IMG/VR virus record: IMGVR_UViG_3300010883_000017
Coordinates: 9,849-73,848 of that record
Strand: one strand, 5' to 3'
From: a virus
Length of the DNA stretch: 64,000 nt
Position 1 is the stretch's first letter. Every line of letters starts with the position of its first letter. The notes beneath the pieces were generated by a model. The model was not told where the DNA came from. It worked only from the letters and a program-made list of their open reading frames with translations, and searched no databases. Position numbers and translations under genes: made by a program. This document shows positions 1 through 6,237 of this stretch, in pieces.

Positions 1-1
1 T

Positions 2-310
2 CAGGATATTCCAGAATTAGAAGTCTTGGCCATAGTGCCTGTGTGGGGTATTCCACAGGATAAGATGGTTCCGGCCATCTATCTGACTAAAGACGGCACG
101 GGCATGTCACCGCACCAATTGTTAATGACATTTGACCGCTTCTTAGCCGGCATGGAATATAAACTGAACCGGACAAGAGAGCTGCTACAAGCAACAGGTG
201 AAATGTTAAATAAGCAAGCAGGTGAAATAGATGCCAACCAGAAACTTCTCGCGGAGCACGCAGAACTCCTCTCAGAAGCCGAGGAAAGTAAAAAGAGTGA
301 AGAAGAGTAA
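2..310 (+). CDS. hypothetical protein, probably 5'-truncated by the window edge
   Basis: Frame is open from the window start; coiled-coil-like C-terminus. Confidence 0.5.
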   Translation, partial: QDIPELEVLAIVPVWGIPQDKMVPAIYLTKDGTGMSPHQLLMTFDRFLAGMEYKLNRTRELLQATGEMLNKQAGEIDANQKLLAEHAELLSEAEESKKSEEE

Positions 311-902
311 GCGCCCTAAGTCAGCGCGCCTGCATAGCTTGTTACAGGAGTTGGATATCAAATCCTGGGACGTGCTCTTAATAGGGGATGGTTCCGGCAG
401 CGGCTGGGATATCGGGGTTGGTTGGTCGTGCGTAGTGATAGATCGATATACGAAGTCTCGGAAGCTAATACACGGCGGCGGTAGTACAGGAACTGTAAAT
501 ATCGCGGAGCTGATGGCCTACGTGCACGCCATGCTTTGGTACTCTACCCACATAGGCCGTGAGCTGCGCAAGCAATACCCTCGCAAGATTCTCAATATTC
601 ATGTAATCACGGATTCCCGTGTTATTGTGACCCAGGGCAAGAAGGTTGCAGAACGGAACACAGAAGGGCTGGCTAACCGCGCGTTGTGGGCATCCATCAG
701 CGATATCGCCCGCCAGGGTTACACATTCCACTGGCATTGGATCGCGCGGCTCACTAATGAATTGAACTGGGCGGCCGATCAGATGGCAGGCTCAGCCAGA
801 AAAGCTGTAAAAAATTGCATGCTTACTGAGGACGTGCCGGATGAGAACGGCAAGTATACGGGGGTGTCGATATACGACATCAACCCACTAATTAAAAAAT
901 GA
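231..902 (+). CDS. ribonuclease HI-like protein
   Basis: Acidic catalytic set in LIGDGS, NIAEL, ITDS and WAADQMA, plus HWHWI; the true start may be further downstream (~297). Confidence 0.75.
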   Translation: MPTRNFSRSTQNSSQKPRKVKRVKKSKRPKSARLHSLLQELDIKSWDVLLIGDGSGSGWDIGVGWSCVVIDRYTKSRKLIHGGGSTGTVNIAELMAYVHAMLWYSTHIGRELRKQYPRKILNIHVITDSRVIVTQGKKVAERNTEGLANRALWASISDIARQGYTFHWHWIARLTNELNWAADQMAGSARKAVKNCMLTEDVPDENGKYTGVSIYDINPLIKK

Positions 903-906
903 CCAA

Positions 907-1020
907 AGGTTAGCGAAGAATAGCAAAGTGAGGTTGCGGCTAGTTATGCGTGGGTGTGAAATTTCGTGCATTGTTTAGCAAGTGCCCCCGTTATGTAGAA
1001 ATATATACCGGGGGATTTTT
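907..1020 (+). ncRNA. pentamer-periodic guide-like RNA unit U1 (15 pentamers + GAAA hairpin 985-1014)
   Basis: aggtt agcga agaat agcaa agtga ggttg cggct agtta tgcgt gggtg tgaaa tttcg tgcat tgttt agcaa; G at position 2 in 14/15; hairpin followed by ATTTTTAATCCAAG. Confidence 0.8.
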
Positions 1021-1026
1021 AATCCA

Positions 1027-1084
1027 AGTGCAGTGAAGAGAGACTAGAAGTGCAAATCCAAGTAACACAAGGCAAAGTAGGACA
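1027..1084 (+). ncRNA. truncated/degenerate pentamer unit U2 (no terminal hairpin)
   Basis: Follows the ATCCAAG linker; agtgc agtga ... agtaa cacaa ggcaa agtag gacaa with one register slip; runs into the next ATG. Confidence 0.45.
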
Positions 1085-1633
1085 ATGAATATCTGCCATG
1101 AGCACGAGTTCATACTATGGGCACACCCGAGAACCGCAGCGCGTTTTGTATATTCTGCGCTGCGGAACCGCGGAAGCATGGGTCCTCTCACGCATCGAAC
1201 CGGTGTTCCGATAGACGGCGCTGGTTACAGTGTTGTTTGCACGGTGCGCAATCCCTATACGCGAATGCTATCTGCGTGGAAGTGGACGAATGCGGTGGGA
1301 AAGCAGCGGTACTCGCCGGAGAGTTTTACGGAGTTTGTAAGAAAGCACACGCCGTTATGGGGGTTACCGCCGATTTCAAAGGACCTGGGCCACAAGTTGA
1401 AGATGGTCAAATACTTTGTGCGCACAGAGTCGATTGAGAAAGACTTACGCGCACTCCCCTGGGTTCCGGACACACATTCGTTCCCCAAGAATACGTACTG
1501 TAGTAATTATAAGGGCTACACTCCGACCGCTTTGTATGACGAAGAAGCACAAGAGAAAGTTCGCCGGTTGTATTGCGGAGATTTTGCAGAGTTCGGATAC
1601 GATCCAGATGTGATTCCCGCAACGTTTTATTAA
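1085..1633 (+). CDS. sulfotransferase family 2 protein
   Basis: HPRTA (5'PSB-like), VRNPYTRMLSAW (3'PB), C-terminal DFAEFGY. Confidence 0.75.
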   Translation: MNICHEHEFILWAHPRTAARFVYSALRNRGSMGPLTHRTGVPIDGAGYSVVCTVRNPYTRMLSAWKWTNAVGKQRYSPESFTEFVRKHTPLWGLPPISKDLGHKLKMVKYFVRTESIEKDLRALPWVPDTHSFPKNTYCSNYKGYTPTALYDEEAQEKVRRLYCGDFAEFGYDPDVIPATFY

Positions 1634-1646
1634 CGAAAGAAGGACA

Positions 1647-1907
1647 ATGAGAGTAACGGAGATTTCTGTAGAAGTAGGCAGAACTGCCACCATTAATTAC
1701 CAGAGCGCGCGCAACTCAGTTGGTCTTACAGCCACCCTAGCGGCTGATGACCACGCGCCTACCGCGATCCGCTCGTTACAAAAGCAAGCCGTAGATATGC
1801 TTCTAGGTGACAACGAACAATTTCGGGACGCCGAAAATGTGACTTCTGTGGATGCGGAGAGCCTAGATGCGGCTATTCGTGCAGGGGCGGAGTCTCGCGA
1901 ACACTGA
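1647..1907 (+). CDS. hypothetical protein
   Basis: ORF with GAAGGA RBS. Confidence 0.6.
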   Translation: MRVTEISVEVGRTATINYQSARNSVGLTATLAADDHAPTAIRSLQKQAVDMLLGDNEQFRDAENVTSVDAESLDAAIRAGAESREH

Positions 1908-1931
1908 TTTACCGTGGGTAACGGGCAAATA

Positions 1932-2960
1932 CTTTGTTATCCATAACAGGATTTTTGATCTAAGTCGTGCCCCGTAGTGTGGAGAGGATCTAAGAGGACT
2001 ACCGCCGACAACAGGAAGTACGGTATGCATCCTTGGCGTGCAGAAATGTGCGCCAGGGGTTTTTTGATCTAAGGCCAGTCTTGAGGAACGAAGTTCGGGA
2101 AAGTCTCGATGAGTTTACTTGTGTACTGCCAATTTTAGTTCGCAATAGTGATGGAAAGCGGTGCGGATTTTAGCGCGGCGTAGTACAGTGCCCCCGCCAT
2201 GTGGAAACGCGTGGCGGGGGATTTTTGATCCAAGGGAAGAGGCGCAAAGGGGTACCAAGTTGAGCTCCGCATACAAACGCTTAGAACTCGGCAGTACAGC
2301 GAGGGATAGCGCTGCGCAGCGATGCGTAGACTAATGTAAGTAAGCATCCCTGTCGTATGGAAACATGCGCCAGGGATTTTTTGATCTAAGAAATAGCAAA
2401 GCAGCGTACGGGCATGATCACTCATAACAAGTCGAGCGCACTCTAGGTGTGTGCGGTATACAAGAGTAACAGCCCCCGTCATGTAGAAATGTGTGACGGG
2501 GGATTTTTGATCTAAGCCGGGTAGGGTAGAGGGATGCTCGGTAAATACCAGCCGGGACAAGTGTGGCCGTCAAGTGCGGGCTCAGTTAAGTTAGCGCTTC
2601 CGTCGTGCAGAAATGTGTGGCGGGGGATTTTTGATCCTAGGAAAGAGCCGTTGTGGCAAGTGGAGAGGAGCCCAGACCAGCATCGTATAGTAGCGCTCGG
2701 TCAAGCTCGGGATACCTTAGCCCGCGTAATCAGAGATGGTTGCGCGGGTATTTTTGGCCCCGTTCGTCTAGTGGACTAGGACACCGGCTTCTCAAGCCGG
2801 GAACAGGAGTTCAATTCTCCTACGGGGTACATTTTGATCCAAGTGGAGTCGATATTACCGGTGTATAGGGGAGGCTAGTCCTGCAACGAGCAGTTCTGCG
2901 TCGCTCAGATAACCAGACTAGTGGGCCCGGGCGTTCGTTACGGGCGCTCGGGCTCATTTA
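1932..2960 (+). repeat. array of seven pentamer-periodic guide-like RNA units (U3 1963, U4 2072, U5 2233, U6 2389, U7 2515, U8 2639, U9 2842) separated by hairpin + ATTTTTGATCYAAG repeats
   Basis: Hairpins at 2031-2058, 2191-2220, 2348-2375, 2473-2502, 2597-2626 and 2721-2748 (GAAA/GAGA loops) and 2922-2956, with compensatory changes and G-U pairs; intervening tracts have 5-nt periodicity. Not a CRISPR array. Confidence 0.88.
2757..2829 (+). tRNA. tRNA-Glu (anticodon CTC), no encoded CCA
   Basis: Acceptor GCCCCGT/ACGGGGT, anticodon arm CCGGC-TTCTCAA-GCCGG, T arm AGGAG-TTCAATT-CTCCT. Confidence 0.92.
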
Positions 2961-2997
2961 TTACGTGGCAAACTGGGTTCAAATAGGGAATGTAAAT

Positions 2998-4041
2998 ATG
3001 AAAAGCAGGAAGAAAAAAGTTAAGCAAAATACAAAGCGAAACGCGCCGAAAACATCAGTTTTGCGCCGCAAGAATACACGTTTAATGAGCAGGACTTCCG
3101 GAGGACGGCAGTCAGTTGTCGAAGCGCGTCTTGATAAAAAGGCCGATACAATTTTGGCCAAAGCAAAAATCATCAAGATAGCTGCGCAACCAACAAAGGT
3201 GTACCGCACTGTGAAAATTGACGATCTCCAGATCGACAACTCTTATCAGCGTCCGCTGAAAGAAGGTCATATTGCTGACATCATGATGTACTTCAATTGG
3301 GAGGGCTTCGGCACACCAGTTATAGGACGCCGTACTGGTGGCGGGCTATGGTTAATTGACGGGCAGCAGCGGATTACCGCAGCGCAGCGCTTGGGTGCTA
3401 CCAGCGTTGGCGCAGAGATCCGCGATTCTGTAGGGCCCAAATATGAAGCAAGTCTGTTTCATTTGTTGAACTCAACGAGCGTCGTCCCGACGAAGATGCA
3501 GATCTTCCGCGCGGCATTGCGCGCGGGTAATAAGAACGCCGTTGCTATCAATAAAGCAGTTAAAGAGGCGGGATTTCAAATCCATTTGAATGCGGTCAAT
3601 TATAGCGGCAGCGAGTGGCCGTATATTCGAGCACTCAGTCGTTTAGAAAAGCTGTTTAAGTACGGCGGCGTACAATTTCTTACGGAGGTGCTCTCGATAA
3701 TTAGTGAGACGTGGCCGGAAGAAGATGACGCAGTTCGCGAGGACGTTATCGGTGGAATGCACCGGTTTATTCGTTTTACTCGGTACAGTGATCCGCGCCC
3801 CAAGGGCTGGTTGCACGAGCTCATGCCCACAAGGGGGATGACGCGCCGCGATCGTATCGTAGAGGCGATTACGCAGAAGGGTCTGACTGCTGCAGGCTTA
3901 CATAACAAAGCTGCGAACAGCAAGGAATCGGCGTCTGGCTACAGCCGCGCCGAAGCTGTGCAGCGTATCTTGGACGAGACGTGCAGGTTTAATAGCCGCC
4001 GTAGAACGCCTAAAAGTACCGCTGCCGACGACATGGTTTAA
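2998..4041 (+). CDS. ParB/Srx-like N-terminal domain protein (DUF6551-like)
   Basis: LQIDNSYQRPL and LIDGQQR motifs; basic N-terminus. Confidence 0.7.
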   Translation: MKSRKKKVKQNTKRNAPKTSVLRRKNTRLMSRTSGGRQSVVEARLDKKADTILAKAKIIKIAAQPTKVYRTVKIDDLQIDNSYQRPLKEGHIADIMMYFNWEGFGTPVIGRRTGGGLWLIDGQQRITAAQRLGATSVGAEIRDSVGPKYEASLFHLLNSTSVVPTKMQIFRAALRAGNKNAVAINKAVKEAGFQIHLNAVNYSGSEWPYIRALSRLEKLFKYGGVQFLTEVLSIISETWPEEDDAVREDVIGGMHRFIRFTRYSDPRPKGWLHELMPTRGMTRRDRIVEAITQKGLTAAGLHNKAANSKESASGYSRAEAVQRILDETCRFNSRRRTPKSTAADDMV

Positions 4042-4096
4042 TACATGCGTATAAGCCCCCACACACACACTTTGCGTGTGTGCGGGGGTTGTTTAC

Positions 4097-4171
4097 TGCT
4101 CTGTGCTGCTGCGCGATACAAAGCGGAGCTGGGTCAAGCGGAGAAATGCCCGGGCCAGCATAGCAGAGTTT
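4097..4171 (+). ncRNA. pentamer-periodic guide-like RNA unit U10, directly upstream of the Cas7-like gene
   Basis: tgctc tgtgc tgctg cgcga tacaa agcgg agctg ggtca agcgg agaaa tgccc gggcc agcat agcag agttt; G at position 2 in 14/15; preceded by a CCCCC..CGGGGG hairpin (4056-4088). Confidence 0.82.
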
Positions 4172-4203
4172 TTGTTTTTGAAATTAAATGGAGGAATTTG
4201 AGT

Positions 4204-4998
4204 ATGCCAACCACAAAAAAGGCCCCTAAAAAGGCCACTAAAAAGAGAGGCGTTAAAGGAAATATGTCTGCGATGTTAGCAGAGATGCCAGACGACGCGC
4301 TTGCTACCATAGAAAAAGAGGGGGGAGACCTTCTCGACCTGGAGCTTATTGAGTTTCACTGGTTGGAGTGTGAAATCATCGGATCAAGTCCTTTGGTTAC
4401 TAATCGGTTCTCTGATGAGTCTTTGGATGCGATCGAGGGTAATCAGACCCAAGGAGCAACTGGTAAGAAGCTTAAGAAGCCCCCGCGACAACCTGAGAAG
4501 GAGTTTATGCAGGCTGCGCATATATGTAAGGGGAAAGCAGATCCTGCGCACCTTGAGAAGAACATCTATGGATTTCCCGCTGTCGCTTTGAAAAAGGCCA
4601 TGGCTAACGGGAACTACAGATACGGAGGCGCGAAGGATAAGGTGTCGCAGATGGGCGCATTTCATGTGCACGGCCCCTGGCACGGGCTGATCGAGGTGCA
4701 GGGGCTTGATGACAAGCCGTGTATCCCCTCGATGGGACGTGATATGGTCCAGCTTCCTAAGGGGCAGATTGCGTCTATCGCGTATAGACCATACTACTTC
4801 CCGTGGAAGATGAGCGTATTTATCCGGTATTGTCCGACCTTGATGTCCAAGGACGAGCTGATTCACGCCCTGTATATCGCAGGCAATTGCATCGGCATTG
4901 GTTCTTGGCGCACGGAAAAGAGCGGGGACAAGGGCTCGTTCGACGTCGGTGATATCAAGTACCACGGAAAAAACTTCCAAGCACCTCTGTGCTCGTAA
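4204..4998 (+). CDS. stand-alone Cas7/RAMP-like RNA-binding protein (Vipr-like candidate effector)
   Basis: GGAGG RBS; EIIGSSPLV strand, YGFPAVALKKA helix, RPYYFPW, and Gly-rich C-terminal loop AGNCIGIGSWRTEKSGDKGSFDV typical of Cas7-group RAMPs. Confidence 0.75.
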   Translation: MPTTKKAPKKATKKRGVKGNMSAMLAEMPDDALATIEKEGGDLLDLELIEFHWLECEIIGSSPLVTNRFSDESLDAIEGNQTQGATGKKLKKPPRQPEKEFMQAAHICKGKADPAHLEKNIYGFPAVALKKAMANGNYRYGGAKDKVSQMGAFHVHGPWHGLIEVQGLDDKPCIPSMGRDMVQLPKGQIASIAYRPYYFPWKMSVFIRYCPTLMSKDELIHALYIAGNCIGIGSWRTEKSGDKGSFDVGDIKYHGKNFQAPLCS

Positions 4999-5012
4999 AT
5001 AGTTAGTTACGC

Positions 5013-5058
5013 CCCCGGCCTCGTTGATTATGTCAGCGGGGCCGGGGTTATTTTTTTT
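5013..5058 (+). terminator. intrinsic terminator
   Basis: CCCCGGCCTCGTTGA/TCAGCGGGGCCGGGG stem followed by a T8 run. Confidence 0.8.
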
Positions 5059-5077
5059 GGCTTCTGGAGAAACAACA

Positions 5078-5329
5078 ATGTCAGATCCTACTGAAAGCAT
5101 TCGACGAGAAATGGTTGCTCACATTAATAACGAGCCGGCCACACGAGAGCAACTTGAAGAGCAGCACGGACGCGTATGGGATACCGCAGAAATGCAAAAA
5201 GACTTCGAGGTACTTGGTTTCATGGCACCGCTCGTGGTCGTTAAGAGAACCGAAGACGCCGTTCGCGGCGCGTTGGAATTCCAACATGCCCCGCGCTTCT
5301 ATTACGGCTTTACGGAATCACAGGGATAG
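5078..5329 (+). CDS. conserved hypothetical protein
   Basis: GGAG RBS; VWDT..DFEVLGFMAP..LEFQHAPRFYY resembles a small family I recall from Planctomycete genomes. Confidence 0.65.
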   Translation: MSDPTESIRREMVAHINNEPATREQLEEQHGRVWDTAEMQKDFEVLGFMAPLVVVKRTEDAVRGALEFQHAPRFYYGFTESQG

Positions 5330-5332
5330 CCT

Positions 5333-5971
5333 GTGCATATTGTCCACATCATCGCATCTGAAGGAGCAGATGCCGATGATGCCCGCCTGATGGCGGAAAA
5401 CGGGATAGAAGGCTACGGCAACGGAGACGTGTGGGATTGGTACGAGGTTGGAGGTCGCTGGGAGGGCTTTATCGGTGCCACTTATGGTGAAACTGGAGAA
5501 GAGCAAGTCCCGGGGGTAAACCAGCTTTGTTACGCAGAGAATCCCGAGTTATTTAACGAAACCATAGACAACGCGATCAGCGGTCGAAACGCTGAGTTAC
5601 TTGAGGCGTTACACGCCATCCGTGGTGACGTAATTAGTTCTGAGGTAGTTCCTGAGCACTTCATGGGCCTGCCCATAGATAATAAAGAAGCAGTGGCAAA
5701 AAGGGTATCAGAGCAAAATGTTGCACACAGCGCCGAGTGGCAGGCACTACTAGCCTGCAATACAGTGGCCGATCTGGACAAGATAAACGGCCAACACCAC
5801 CTGGTGTTTTACAAGGTTTACAAACTAATGAAGGGGGTGATGGGTCACTATGATTTTGACAGCCGCTTTTACGACGCAGACGCCGGTAGCACGGGCCGCT
5901 CGTACGTAGACGACCGGAAGGGGTGCGACCCGGATAAACAATGGATTACCGTTTTTGACCTACACAATTAA
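5333..5971 (+). CDS. hypothetical phage protein
   Basis: WDWYEVGGRW motif and terminal DLHN, a common phage family pattern. Confidence 0.65.
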   Translation: MHIVHIIASEGADADDARLMAENGIEGYGNGDVWDWYEVGGRWEGFIGATYGETGEEQVPGVNQLCYAENPELFNETIDNAISGRNAELLEALHAIRGDVISSEVVPEHFMGLPIDNKEAVAKRVSEQNVAHSAEWQALLACNTVADLDKINGQHHLVFYKVYKLMKGVMGHYDFDSRFYDADAGSTGRSYVDDRKGCDPDKQWITVFDLHN

Positions 5972-5981
5972 GGAGTTTTAA

Positions 5982-6224
5982 ATGGCAGTACAGGAGACCT
6001 TTAGTCTTACAGACATCTTTGATGAGGCGCAGCTCACCAGATTAATCACTCTTTGGAAGAAACCAGGCACCACCACCGAAGATATATGCACTAAAATAAT
6101 TGAGCCCAATATGGGTCAGATTAATGAAAAACTGAGCATACTTACAGATGGTAGGATGGCTGACAATTACCCACAGTACATTGCGTACTGTTGTGAATTT
6201 GCATTAAGGAAAACAGATAATTGA
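5982..6224 (+). CDS. hypothetical protein
   Basis: AGGAG RBS, operonic spacing. Confidence 0.6.
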   Translation: MAVQETFSLTDIFDEAQLTRLITLWKKPGTTTEDICTKIIEPNMGQINEKLSILTDGRMADNYPQYIAYCCEFALRKTDN

Positions 6225-6237
6225 AGGAGGTAGCTAT

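Noticed and set aside
2395-2469. U6 as a self-target on the RNase H gene (RALWA)
   Set aside because: Only four dinucleotides match and the flanks do not
2135-2868. ORF-track calls 2135-2560(-), 2534-2779(+) and 2653-2868(+)
   Set aside because: They overlap the structured array and tRNA, lack RBSs and merely translate the repeats (LDQKSP)
1932-2960. Canonical CRISPR array
   Set aside because: Repeats covary instead of being identical, inter-repeat tracts are ~70-120 nt and internally periodic, and there is no cas1/cas2
4045-4203. N-terminal extension of the Cas7-like ORF from 4045
   Set aside because: The region holds a hairpin and guide U10; the GGAGG RBS points to ATG 4204
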